Source: Felis catus (taxonomy: Eukaryota). From it: 64,000 nucleotides of DNA. The notes under the pieces are model-generated. The model was not told the DNA's origin. It was given only the letters and a program-made list of their open reading frames with translations, and searched no databases. A program made the translations under genes and the position numbers. The stretch is from the NCBI RefSeq assembly GCF_018350175.1, contig NC_058368.1:191148001-191212000 (forward strand). The letters run 5' to 3'. Below, in pieces: positions 25,170 to 37,960 of this stretch (within the stretch, counting starts at the first letter, position 1; each line of letters opens with the position of its first letter).

Positions 25170-25510
25170 GCTGGAAAAATCCTTAAGGGTCGTCAAACCC
25201 TAACTCCTTGTTTTATAAGGAGGAAATGGACAGCCAGAGAAGTGTAGGAACTGGGCAATATCACAGTTAATAAATGGCAGGGCCATGATTGATACACACG
25301 CATCCAAACTCTCTGGGTTGGAGCAGGTATGTGCATTAAGGAGCAGGGGCTACAATTCTGGTCCCTTATCACTAACTGTGGATTTTGGAGGAGCTACTTC
25401 CCTACTCTGAGCCTTAGTTTCCTCACCCATGCACTGCAGATCAAACGGTACCAGCCTCACAGGGTTACTGACTGCTTATGAGTTGGCTTCACGGTTTCCA
25501 GCAGTTGCAT
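25170..25510. mobile_element. Two MIR fragments in opposite orientation
   Basis: MIR cores: TTTTATAAGGAGGAAATGGACAGCCAGAGAAG and CTCTGAGCCTTAGTTTCCTCACCCATG. Confidence 0.6.
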
Positions 25511-25627
25511 TATTATTATACTGCTAAAGATGATTCTCAGTGAACTATATGTACACTGGGACACTGCTTCTAGGGCTGGATTTGAAAGGCACAAGAGAGA
25601 TCGACAAACCATCTCCCTATTATACCT

Positions 25628-25912
25628 TTTTTTTAATTTAACTTTTTATTTTGAAAACATTTTAGATTTACAGTAGAGTTGCCTAGATAGTGCAGTTTGC
25701 TACGGCGTACCTGTCACCCAGCTTCTTCTACTGGTTTGTATCTCGCATAACCACGTTATGTTCAACACAACTAAGAAATGAGCATTGGTACAATGCTTTT
25801 AATTGAAAGGTTACCACTAACTAAATAGATTATTGGGATTTTCCCCAATTTATCTACTATTGTCTTCCTTCTGTTCCAAGATTCAATCCAGGAGATCACA
25901 CTTCATTTAGTA
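25628..25912 (-). mobile_element. Ancient L1MC-type 3' end
   Basis: TTTTATTTTGAAAACATTTTAGATTTACAG...CAAGATTCAATCCAGGAGATCACACTTCATTTAGT. Confidence 0.65.
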
Positions 25913-27365
25913 TAACCTAGGCCTTAAATCAGACCCTATATTGCACTAATTAAGAATGTAGCAGCTTAGCTCTATTTATCAAAATCAAGGGGCTCACAGG
26001 TAAGCAGAGAACACTGTCAAAGTATCCACTTCATCATTAGAGTAAGTGCCACAGGCTTGCATTAACCAATCCACAAAAATTGAAATGCCATCAGTTCGAG
26101 AACCTACTTAGCACAGCACAGAGCTATGCTCTGCCTTTTGGTTTTAAGTCTTGTGGTACTAAGTTTAAAAAAGCAGATATGGGCATTGCTGATTAACCTA
26201 CTTTGGTACCTGATTTTCATCCATGAGGCATTACAAATTTCTGTTTCTAATGCTTAAACCACAAAGACATAATAACTTTAAATAAAGAAGAAAAAAATCC
26301 TGCCCAGAGAAATCAGACAGATCCTAAGACAGGCCTCTCATTCAGAGAGGAAGGAGGTTCTTCGCCAGCTTGGAGATGGCTTAAGAGCATACCTAATGGA
26401 TAGTGTCTGGGAACATGTTATAAATGCCTATAGGCTTCCAAATACTAATTCCAAGCACTGCAAAGAGAAAGTACTTGTGGCCAAGTCTGGAAAAGCAGCA
26501 ATTTCTTCTACTGCAAGAGCCACATGGGAATTTATGGGGGGGAGAGGATGTGATTATGGCCTGTACCTGAGCCAGGGCAAAAGGATAACAGGGTGCTGGT
26601 CTCCGCCTACATTAACAAATGGCTTTCCTGATGTGACCGATGATCCATCACACCTCCTCTTTATCTGTTTTACCTGGCACTGCAATGGAGCTCCAGAGGA
26701 ACAAGAAGTACCACAAACAGGCTTTCTGGCACCACTGGATTATCAGAAATTGGAGCGAGAGGACACTAAGGACACCTGCGATTTCTGGGAGTCCTGAGTA
26801 TCACAGAAGCTCTGGCTCTCTGGGGAAGTGCTGCTGAGTGGCGTCATACCCCTGCTATTCCGTTTTTTTTTTTTTTTCCTCTACCATTTACTGGGCACTA
26901 ACTATGCCCTGATCTCTGCCAAAAGTGTCTGTTATTTATCATGGTCAAAATGTACCCACTACAAATCAGGTGGGCAAAAGAAAATTTGACTATTTTCCAT
27001 TATTTATCTCACCTTATTTCTAGTCCCCATCTCGAAGAAGACTACCAAATCTTCCTTTTGTGATAGAAATTCCTCTTTCTCCTGATTTGCAACTTGGTTT
27101 TCTTTAAGCAATGATATCTTATTTTAGAGATTTTCCTTCATCATGGACTGGCTCCGGAAGAACCCTTACTTGACAACCTGACAGAAAGGGTCCTTCCTCT
27201 CAGGATCTTTAGCGTTTCTGATCGTGTCCTATATGGATTGTTCATTAACAGGCTCAAGGCCTGATGGCTCCTGCTTTATGACTCTATCTCCCTTCAGACT
27301 TTGCTTGCACTGATTTTCCAGGTCCTGGCTGTAAAGCCCCTGGTAATCCACCTGTGGAGAGTGTA

Positions 27366-27370
<5 letters not shown>

Positions 27371-27432
<62 letters not shown>
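27371..27432. repeat. Perfect (AT)31 microsatellite
   Basis: Read directly from the sequence. Confidence 0.97.
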
Positions 27433-27435
<3 letters not shown>

Positions 27436-27479
27436 TCTTTGGCTCTCTGAGACCCTTAGAAATTCCACATTCCCAGTAG

Positions 27480-28060
27480 ACTACTCAGTTAACATCTCAG
27501 AAGCAACATACCTATCACATACATAAAAACTGCTCTGATTCTATTTCACCTCCTCACAATACACTCCCCAGCAAGCAGACAGAGTGACACTTTTAAAGGG
27601 TCAATCAGATCAGATCACGTACCCCACAGCCCAGAACCCTCCATGGCTCTCTGCTTCGAATGAAACCCACTATTCTTGCCAAGACCTGATAGGTTCTCTG
27701 TGGTCCAAGCCTCCCCCCTAATCCCTCTTCCCATGATGACTCACCTACCTACTCCCCTTTGCTCATTCAGTTCCAGTCACACTGACTTCCTTCTTATTTT
27801 TGCAACAAGCCATACACACCCCCCACCTTAGGGCCTTTGCACAGACTACTCTCTTTTTAGGTCCACCTTGAAACAGTTCCCTCCAGAGCTCACCTGCTGA
27901 TATGTCACTGTCTCAGGGTGACCTGATGCTCACCCTGTCTGGAAGAGCACCCCACCCCTCTTCTCTCAGCCCCTGCTGTATTTTCTTCATAGCACTTCAC
28001 CGTCAAACATCTTATATAGTTGTTTGCTTGTTTAAAGTTTGTTCTCCTCCAGGGAGAATA
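27480..28060 (+). mobile_element. L2 fragment
   Basis: CAGAGTGACACTTTTAAAGGGTCAATCAGATC...TTCCAGTCACACTGACTTCC...AGGGCCTTTGCACA. Confidence 0.7.
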
Positions 28061-29599
28061 TACATCAAGAGAGGGAAAAAAAGCAAAAACTCCATTAATG
28101 ACCCATGGACAACAACCCTTAGAGAGAGATTTTAAGACTGTTATTATTTCCATGGTACAGGTGAGGAAATTAAGTTCAGTGAGCGTAAGTGATTTGCAGA
28201 AGCTCAAATAATGAAAATTGTTGTCTTTCCCCCTCAAGGGAGAAAAAAGTTTACAAAACGAATGGTCATGTAAAGGAGGGAATGGGACAAGAAGACTGCT
28301 AGCAACTGAGCCAGGGTCACAGAGCACCAGCGGCCCAAGGGGAGGACTGAACGGCTACAGTAAGCAGCCAGGTACCTACTCAGCAGTAACTCCATCATTT
28401 CCTGGACACAAACCTCCTTCGGGGAGGCCTGTTCATTTTTCAAGTGGTCAAAGCAGCAGCTGGGCCGCAGATCATCAAGGAGCCTGGGGGCAATTAGTTT
28501 TAACGTTTTGACAGTGAGGAAGTGGGAAAGCCTCAGCGATTTAGGAATTGTTGTCATGCTTGGAAAGCTTTTTACTAGGCCTGAAGATCAGGGGTTTCTC
28601 GTGTCAGCCATTTTGATTTCCACTTACAAGGGCTGAAGCTCTTAGGCTCACTTTCTCCATGAACAGGCTCATCGCCTCCAGGATACACAGAGGGTGAGGG
28701 GAAAGGCTCTTAGTCAGCAGCCCAGTGACTGCAGATTACACGTGTATATTTCTTCCTGCTGAACCCCAACCATTTGGGAGTCCAACCGGAGCCTCACTCC
28801 TCTTTCTATCTCTCAGAGCACCTGGCACAGAGCAGGTCCTCAATAAATCTCTGTTATGTTGAATTGGCAGTTCATTTAATCAGGTCCAGGTCTGTTTTTC
28901 TTATCTGTCAAATGGGGAGAGTAAAGCTCTCTACAAGGATTATTGGATGAACAAGTGAAATCAAATGGATTTTTTTTTCTTAATAGCATCCACAAGATGT
29001 ATTGGTTTTAAGTTTAAAAGGTAAAACAAACATGTTCTAAGCCTTTTAGGGGGCATGACATTATCTCACTTGTCATAAAACACAGTTTTAGAAAGAGAAA
29101 GTTCAGATTTTTATTGGAGCTACTTATTCATTCGGGGGGGGGGGGGGGTTGACACAACATCAGAGGAAGGAAAATAAATTCTACATTCACCAAAGAATTC
29201 ATAAATATTCTAATTTGTTCAATCTGATCACAAAAAACATGTTGCAAATTGAATGAATAATATTGTTCTATATTAATCTAATACCTAGTATTTACTTATT
29301 CTAACCAGAGAGTCTGAAAAAATGATTTTATCTTAGTTAACATCTTATAATTTACTAGGTGCTAGGTATTTTTTACAGTGCTTTGTATGGATAACCTCTT
29401 TGTTCCTCAAAATCATCATGTGTATTTCTTCCATTTCTCTGAGGCACAGAGAACTTCAACCACTTGCTCAAGGTCACACAGCAGAGATGGAGCGGATAAT
29501 CAACACATGCGCTGTGATGTGACAAATGCACCACCATGCTGCCTCTCTAAAATTGACCAAGATGAACCATCCATCCACCCTTCCATTCAGGCACCCAGG

Positions 29600-29652
29600 C
29601 GTCCACCCACCCATCCATCCATCCATCCATCCATCCATCCATCCATCCATCC
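29600..29652. repeat. (CCAT)n microsatellite at the tail of a minus-strand L2 (~29655-29980)
   Basis: About 10 CCAT units plus degenerate flanks, followed by AAGCATCTACCACGCACAAGGCCTG (L2 end). Confidence 0.85.
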
Positions 29653-31632
29653 AACAAAGATGGATAAGCATCTACCACGCACAAGGCCTGGTAGTAGCTG
29701 CTGAGAAATGTAACAGAGAATAAAGAGAAACAGTTCTGCCCTTGAGACACTTGAAATCCAGTGTAGGATAATGGCATTAAACAAGGATCCAAGCAAATGA
29801 GCACATAATTACTAATTACAGTAAGTGCCAGGAAGGAAAATTTCAGGGAACTATGACAATATCGGACACCACAAGAGTGAGTGACCAGGGTACAAATGTG
29901 GATTGTCAGGGAAGGATCCTCCAAAATGAACTTGACAGGTGAGCTGAGAGGGCAGGGTATGTTCTGCTAGAGCCAGGTGTCTACGGAGATGCTTAATTGG
30001 AGAAAAAGCCGGGCCTCAGAATGACAGAAGCAAACACCAGAGTTCAGAGAAGAGTGGAGAAAAGTCCGTATGCAGAATCAGAGTGGGGGGGTGGGTAGAC
30101 TGCTAGAGAAAAGCTTTACAATTGCTGGATTGCTGTGGGGTATAGTTGCCTTCATGGGGCAGGTTGGGGAACTGTTTACAAGTTGGGGGGGGTGGCGGAT
30201 GGACACAATGGCAATGAAGAACACTATTTGCTGGGTGTGACTAAGTTCATTTTTCACTGGAAAGGATTTGAGTAGTGTGTGGATAAGCACTAAGGGCGGA
30301 GAAAGTCCAAAGTTGTCTAAAAATCCTTCTCCCAAACTTCGCGCAAGCCTATTTCTGAAGTCAGTAGGACAGGTTGGGCCCAGATCCTCGGTTCAGTCCA
30401 AAACCAAATGTGACAGAGGTCTGCTCTCGGGTGGCTGGGGATGAACTCAGCTTTATCAACACACACTGGAGAGACTGTAGTCTCTCCTATGTAGTTTATT
30501 TTATGTCCCTATAAAGCAACAATTAGTACTATTTAAAAAAAAAAACACACACATTCAAGTGATATACTTCACTGACATATTAAGGGGAACAGGTACATGT
30601 AAAAAAAACAAAACACAAAAAAACAAAAGTCCACAAACTAAATTCCAGAAGCCTATGATAGTCCCAAAGAGGGAATATACACAACAGACATGGGAAGAGA
30701 AAGAGAAGCTAGAATCTAAGAATTTAAGGAACTGCCAAGTGCAGATTATGAGAGAAACATTTTTCACACAACGCTAAGTCAAAGAGGAAAAAAAACCTAC
30801 TGCTTTGCCATCCTTTTAACAACTTTCTCCAAAATGTTTGTGCTATTTCCTGAACTCTTCCTGAAAAACCTTGCAAGATATACTGGTCCCAAATTCTTTA
30901 GGCACACCTAAGTGATTTTTTTTTCTTTTATTTGAAAAATACTTACTACGAAATTTTTACAATTAGGCAGTACTGGAGACAAAAGACAGTAAGCAAACTA
31001 GAGAAAATAATGGCACTTCTTCCTAAAATTGTCTACCTGCAACTTTCAAACAGTCTGAAGCATTTAGAGGTCAGTATTTGAAAGACACCTTAAACTTATA
31101 TACAAAGGCCAAAGGCAAGTGTCAATACCACCCAGGTCTGAAGCACTCTCACAACTTGACCTGTGTAAAGACTTGCACACACAACCAGAAAGCACAACAG
31201 GTGTCCAGGCAGTGTGTTGTATGGACTGAAGTACACAGGCTCCATCATCTTGCATTTTGGGCAACACAAACATAGCGTCCTAAGGTCAAGTAAAGAAGTG
31301 CTACCTTTCCTAGAGGATATAGGCTGAACAATTTCCTTGCTAAGCTGGGTATCTCTGACAGAGGTTCAACTTCAGGCCCTGTTTTTGTTTTTATTTTCCC
31401 CCGTGAGTCTTCATGTCACACACTGTCAAGAAATAAGAGAAAGGACAAAAAGAACATAAGGGGATGTTGTGCTACCCCTGAGAATGTCCACTGCAAGTCT
31501 TTTTTCTGCCCCTCCTCCACTCTTAATGGCCCAACTAAATTCCTATGACCTCCATGAAACTTGCAGAAGGGGAACATTAATACCTTCCCTCTTGAACACC
31601 TGAATTCCCTGCTTGCACATCAATTTAACTCT

Positions 31633-31830
31633 TTTTTTTCCTTTAGTCATTTTATTTAGTTTTATTTTTTAATTTATTTTTTTTATTTTTCCAATATAAT
31701 TTATTGTCAAGTTGGCTAACATACAGTGTATACAGTGTGCTCTTGGTTTTGGGGGTAGATTCCCGTGATTCACTGCTTACATACAACACCCAGTGCTCAT
31801 CCCAAGAAATGCTTTCCTCAATGCCCATCA
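31633..31830 (-). mobile_element. Severely 5'-truncated carnivore L1 (3' end only)
   Basis: Poly-T, TTTATTGTCAAGTTGG and CATACAACACCCAGTGCTCATCCCAA match the reverse complement of the young L1 end (17560-17612), with an extra ~60-bp segment. Confidence 0.9.
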
Positions 31831-31840
31831 ATGTAACTCT

Positions 31841-32068
31841 GTTTAAAAAACATTTTTTTAACGTTTATGTATTTTTGAGAGACAGAGAGAGACAGAGTAC
31901 AAGCAGGGGAAGGGCAGAGAGAGAGGGAGGCACAGAATCTGAAGCAGGCTCCATCCAGGCTCTGAGCGGTCAGCACAGAGCTGGATGTGGGGCTCGAACC
32001 CACAAACCGTGAGATCATGACCTGAGCTGAAGTCAGTTGCTTAACCGACTGAGCCACCCAGGTGCCCC
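31841..32068 (-). mobile_element. Can-SINE
   Basis: Typical body; flanked by CATCAATGTAACTCT (31826-31840) and CGTCAATTTAACTCT (32071-32085). Confidence 0.95.
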
Positions 32069-35000
32069 TCCGTCAATTTAACTCTTAAGAATACACTGTC
32101 TGGTGAGGTCTCTCAGATGAAAACTGTGTACACACACATTACAATTACATAAATTATAAGATCCCCATTTGACAATTATCCAAATCCATTTTATATATTC
32201 ATATGTGTATATACATACACGTAGGTACATATACACACACATATATATGCACATAAAGTGTATTGAGCAGTTATTCCATTTTAGGTCCTAATCGAATGTC
32301 CTCACATTTTTTAATTAATTACCACAACTCTAAGAAATAGAAAATCTCATCATGTCCATTTTCCAGAGGACTAAACTGAAGAAATTTCCTTATCCCCCAT
32401 TACAAACTGAGTTACTTATGAATTTATGAAGATGCTTGCACGTGTCTTGCCTCTTCCAATAGCTCTGAGACTTTGGAGAGACGGGACCTGCTGTAATTCT
32501 GTGTCACTCGGAAAGCCTAGCACACCATCTTGTGCACAACATTAACTTGCATATGCCAATGTATTTTGATTTGATATCGAAAAGACCAGAGAGGTAATGC
32601 TTTCTTAAAATGTACCCTCTACAAATGACTGACATTTGAGTTCAATATTGACTTGGAAGTAAAATTCAATACCCATTCATATTCGGTACTAGAACCAAAT
32701 ACCAAATGAATATAAATGGGAGGCATTTCCATGTCTGCCATTCTTTTGGTATTTCCAGCCTGGGCAGGAGCAGAGTGGAAAATGCAGGCTCCCTCATTGT
32801 AAAACAATGATGCTGACACCAGGGTTCAGTGCCATTTCATGAAGGGAGCTGCAAGGGCAGGAGTGGAGAACAAAGCTGAAAAGGCAGAGAGAAAAGAAAA
32901 AGAAAGAAAGAGGGAAAAAAAAAACAGACATTCACATCCTGTGGATTAAAAATCCAACGAAAGGAGAGTAAGAAGCCAGTCCAACAATTGATAGAATTTT
33001 CAATGCAGTCAGCCTAAGCTTCAATATTTATTCCAGCAGGAAAATTGAACCTCAAGTCTAAAATCGACTCTCAGCTCCCATTCTCTACCCAAATACACAT
33101 ACATTTACATTTATGGGTGACTATGTGGCTATATTTAAATTTGCAGCTCTAAAAGCTGCAGGACTGTAAATAGACTCATTTTAGCCATTTTATCAAATTG
33201 TATTAGCTTTCCTTCCCTGCCATTCTCCAAGGCAGGCAAAGTTCAGACGTGCAGAAAATGTGAATGATTTCTTTTGATAATAGCACTGGTAGATTCTAAA
33301 CCCAGAAATCAGCTCATGCTTATTTCTGAGAGCCTGTTGAGTGATGCCTGGTCATGGCTTTGTGCTAAGGGAGTAACTTACAGCATAAAGAGTCAATGGA
33401 ATATAGTACCTGAGGTCAGAAAGTGTGTGTGTGGGGGGGGGGCGGAGGGAGGGGGTAACAATTACACTAGTACCATATGTTCCTCAAACCCAAAAGACCT
33501 TATATGCTGGGTGGAGAAATCACAGTGAACAAGAATGAGGACTGAAGACACCTCTCTGTGGAGAAAACTGTGTGTGGTTAATGATGGTGTCTGTCATGGA
33601 CTCTGAGACAAGAAGCCAAGGTTACTGCAAACTAATAGACGCTTCCAGGAAAAATGATGGGTTCTCATAGAAATAGAAGCCCTCACCTGGTTCCTCAATA
33701 GGAGTGGATTTCACTCCTCAGTTTGCATACCTCAAGTGGTGAGATTATATATTATCTCCCTCAACTCCAGTTACCTTAGTGTTTCCTTGCAATCTGTCAT
33801 TAGCAAAATGGAATCCAGCATTCTGCAAATACAAGAAAGTATACCATAATTTTTGAGAAAAAAAAATCAAGTTGTTGACTGTCATATTTAAAAGTGTCTG
33901 AAATCTAGCTTATGACAGGAAAAATTGAGAGAGAAGCTTGGCTCTATTCCCATTTCAATCTCTACCAGCCAAATCTAGAAAAGCGAACCTCTTAGCTGAG
34001 GAGAGGGACAGGACAGAAGCGTGATTAAAAAAACAAGTAGTTGTTGATGGGATAATAAACTCCCACCTGGCTCCTCCCCCAGGCCCCACAGATGTGGACA
34101 TTACAAAATCCAATTCAGTTTTAAGAATTTTACAGTAGAGGACAATTGTGGTCCATAACCTGCATGGGATTAGGATGGCAGAGTGTTTTAGATCTGCCCT
34201 AAATCAGTGTTTTGGTGTACACATGAATGAATCACCTCCCATAGACCAGGAGCAGCTTGGGCAAACAGTAAAATCTTCCCATCTCCTGAGCTGGTAAGAG
34301 ACATCAGTTGAGAGATAAAGCAGAGGTGTGAACAGTCCTCCTGGTCAAAATGAAGGAGAAATAGTAAAGGGTAACATGCACATTTCTTCAGAGACCACGG
34401 TAGGACTTGAGAGGATGACATTTCAGTAGAACAAGCCAGAATAAAAAGGAATCTAATCTAAAAAGGAGTCTGGCTACTTTTCTGCAAATGCCAACATACC
34501 GGGAACTCCTGCTTCGTGGACCTGGTTTATGGTCCTCATCAGATTTACTCAGCCTGCCCTTTCTCCCTGTCATTGGCCATGTGCTCAGTGGAGAGCTGTG
34601 TCCACAACCATGTGGCCTCATCTATTAACATCTGATTTCATCCCGCATGAGAGCGGGGCTGCAGCCACCCTCCAACATATCACATCAAAGAAGATCCAGC
34701 ATCTCTGGCTCCCAAACCCAAAGCCATCAGATCCAAGACGCTCTGCCTCTTCTCTTCTAGACTCAAGTGCAACACCGCTCATGGGACATGGGCTGTGGCT
34801 TCCCCAACAGCTGCCTGGTGAAGGGGGCTGACAAAACCCAAAAACGTAGATGAAGCTTTGACCAATGGGAGGCAGCCATCTGTGTTCTGTAATCTCCAAA
34901 TTTGTATTTGCTTCCTTCCTTCCTCGGGCACTTCTTTCACCACCCTGGAACTGCACACTGGACTTGTCATTAATATGTAGATTTTGTCTCACACTTTGTT

Positions 35001-35389
35001 TCCTAGAGAATGTGGGCTAAGTAGTGGTATTTAACATTAACTCCAGGAAGGGAAAGAAGAGGGGAGAAAACATCTAAAATTAACTTGAAATTAACACTCT
35101 GGACTCAACTAGGAGGCTGACAAAGGAATTAAGGTCATAGAAAGAAAAAAACAGTTACATCTTTGTACATCTAACTTTGCAGCTTATGAATTAAATAGCT
35201 GTTATATTTAGAAATATTAAAAAATCGAACTTTATGAAAATCTTTTGCCTAAAGGCTGGAGAGAGACAACCCAAAATTCAGGGCCACACAGAAGAGAGAA
35301 AAGGAGAGTGTCTAGTCTATGACAGTCTATATACAGTAGCTCTCCACCCTTCCCTATCACTCATTCCTCATTTTATGGTATGTAGGATA

Positions 35390-35620
35390 AGTTCAAGCAG
35401 TAGCTGAGCATGGAAGAGCATGGATTCTGATGTCAAAGGCAGGCAGTCTTAGTATTTTTCCAGCAATTCATCAGCATTGTGACCTTGGGCAACGGACTGA
35501 CACTCTGTCTCCTTATCCATAAAATAGAGACAAGAGCACATACGTCTGACATGGGCTTTGAGGGCAAACATACAGTCCCTAGTACTGTACCTAGAAAAGA
35601 GAGAGCACTTACTGCATGTG
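35390..35620 (+). mobile_element. MIR
   Basis: TGTGACCTTGGGCAAC...TCTGTCTCCTTATCCATAAAATAGAG core. Confidence 0.65.
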
Positions 35621-35959
35621 TGCTACGATTATTAGTATCAAAGTGTTTGGTTGAGTGCAATCTGAAAAATTCATCAACTTAATAAAGAGAATATTCCTCT
35701 TTTCAGAACTAGAAGAAGAAATAAAGTTTTTACTGTTCCCCATCTTAGTGAGCTTATCCCTCCACACTGCAACATTCAAATCAATAGGGGGGTCTTCGGG
35801 ATAGAACAAAAATCCCACCCTCTGGTATGTTTGGCCACTGATTCCCTTAGTTTCAAAACTATTCACAGTAGACACAGAATTTTATAGATATTCATATATA
35901 TATGTATATATATATGAATATATATATATACACATACATACACACACGTAAAGAAATAT

Positions 35960-36157
35960 GCCAACATCTAATACAAGGTCCAAAGGCAAATACAGTGTGT
36001 GATTTGTCTTTGCAAATAAAGTCTAACTAGAACTTAGCTTCACCCATTCATTTACATATTGTCTAAAACTTCTCTCACACAAAGAGAAAGGTTAGGGTCC
36101 ACAAAGCCTAAAACATTTACTATCTGGCTCTTTAGAGAACAAGTCTGCTGACCTTTG
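35960..36157. mobile_element. hAT-Charlie MITE (MER58A-like)
   Basis: CCCATTCATTTACATATTGTCTA...CACAAAGCCTAAAACATTTACTATCTGGCTCTTTAGAGAACAAGTCTGCTGACC. Confidence 0.75.
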
Positions 36158-37104
36158 ATCTAAGGCGGAACTTGAGGGAAGAGGCAAGAATCCTAAAGAC
36201 AAGCTGAAAGGAAAATTGAGAAAATATCAAGTGAGGTGGCTTCAAATGATAAGCTCCTATTTCCCACATGAGGATGGGCTCAAATGGGGAAGAGCCCAAG
36301 AAATAATACACATAAATCAAGCTCAGTGTTAGCAGAAGACTAATGGCATAAATGCTACTTACAGCTAAATGTCAGAACCAAGAATGTTCAGGTATTTCTC
36401 TCCCAGGGTCTTAAAGATGTTACATTTCAGGAAATACAGTTTTTAAAAAGCACATATAAGTTCACAGATAGCCTTTTGTGTGAACTAAATGCAACAAAAA
36501 TTGGATTTAATTTGTTTTGGCTGTTGATTTATAGGATTATTACCAAAACATCTTTGAGACTATAAAGAAGATATGTTGAAATATATGTAATTCTGTAGCA
36601 TTTTTATTACTTCATTAAATGAATTGAATGAAGAAAATACAGGAAGTGGAGTGATTTCTCTAATAGAAAAACTCAAAATATCAATTATTTAACACTTTGA
36701 AATTAGTGTATATAAGATTGATGCTGGACTAGATCTTTATCTGCACATCAATATGTCCATATTAAAAAGATAATTTCCTTCCAGTTTCATATTATAGTCT
36801 TTAAAAAAATTAGATTATTTAAGATGACACATTTTCTTTTTTGAGATAGTTTTATTCTTTATGTAATTATTGTATCTTATTGTGAGGCACTTGCAGAAAA
36901 TGAGTTAAAGATTTAAAAATATGTTTAAACTGATTTAATGCAGGGAATCACATGGACTCAAACACTTACTGCAAACTAAATTTGCTGAAGAATTCATTTA
37001 TAAAACATTTAAAAAATACAATTTCTTATTGTTTTTCAAGCCCCAGTCTTCCATAAATACTTGAGGAAAAATGTCACCTTTTCTTAATCATCAAAGACTT
37101 TTCA

Positions 37105-37323
37105 GGGCGCCTGGGTGGTTCAGTCCATTAAGCATCTGACTTCGGCTCAGGTCATGATCTTGTGGTTCACGATTTCAAGCCCCAAGTCAGGCTCTCTGTA
37201 AACAGTTCAGAGCCTGGAGCCTGCTTTGGATTCTGTGTCTCCCTCTCTCTGCCCCTCCCCACTTGTACTCTGTCTCTCTGTCTATCTCTCTCTCTCAAAA
37301 ATAAACATTATTTTTTTTTAAAA
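37105..37323 (+). mobile_element. Can-SINE
   Basis: GGGCGCCTGGGTGG head; flanks AAAGACTTTTCA and AAAGACACTTTTCA. Confidence 0.93.
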
Positions 37324-37433
37324 AAAGACACTTTTCAAAAATATACACATTTAGCAGCATGAGATGGATTTAAGAAATTAAGGAATTCTTATATGGCCAT
37401 TACAATTACAATATTGAATGACAAAAATATATT

Positions 37434-37655
37434 TTTTAAAAAATTTTTTTTTCAACGTTTATTTATTTTTGGGACAGAGAGAGACAGAGCATGAACAGGG
37501 GAGGGGCAGAGAGAGAGGGAGACACAGAATGGGAAACAGGCTCCAGGCTCCGAGCCATCAGCCCAGAGCCTGACGCGGGGCTCGAACTCCCGGACCGCGA
37601 GATCGTGACCTGGCTGAAGTCGGACGCTTAACCGACTGCGCCACCCAGGCGCCCC
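37434..37655 (-). mobile_element. Young feliform Can-SINE
   Basis: Perfect TSD GAATGACAAAAATATATT at 37416-37433 and 37656-37673. Confidence 0.97.
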
Positions 37656-37747
37656 GAATGACAAAAATATATTAAAAGAAAATGTGAACTTTAAAAAAAA
37701 GGAAAATGTTACAACAATGAATTCCCATTTTATAAGAAACGTGTGTA

Positions 37748-37960
37748 GGGGCGCCTGGGTGGCTCAGTCGGTTGGGTGTCCGACTTCGGCTCAGGTCATG
37801 ATCTCGCAGTCCGTCAGTTCGAGCCCCGCAATGGGCTCTGGGCTGACAGCTCAGAGCGTGGAGCCTGTTTCGGATTCTGTGTCTCCCTCTCTCTCTGACC
37901 CTCCCCTGCTCATGCTCTGTCTCTCTCTGTCTCAAAAATAAATAAATGTTAAAAAAAAAA
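37748..37960 (+). mobile_element. Can-SINE
   Basis: GGGGCGCCTGGGTGGCTCAGTCGG head; flanks AAACGTGTGTA and AAAAGTGTGTA. Confidence 0.95.

Noticed and set aside
26396..26797. 133-aa ATG ORF, among the longest outside L1
   Set aside because: No recognisable domain or supporting gene structure; the length is within chance for 64 kb.
29378..29924. ORFs with HPSI/MDGW repeats
   Set aside because: Translations of the (CCAT)n microsatellite.
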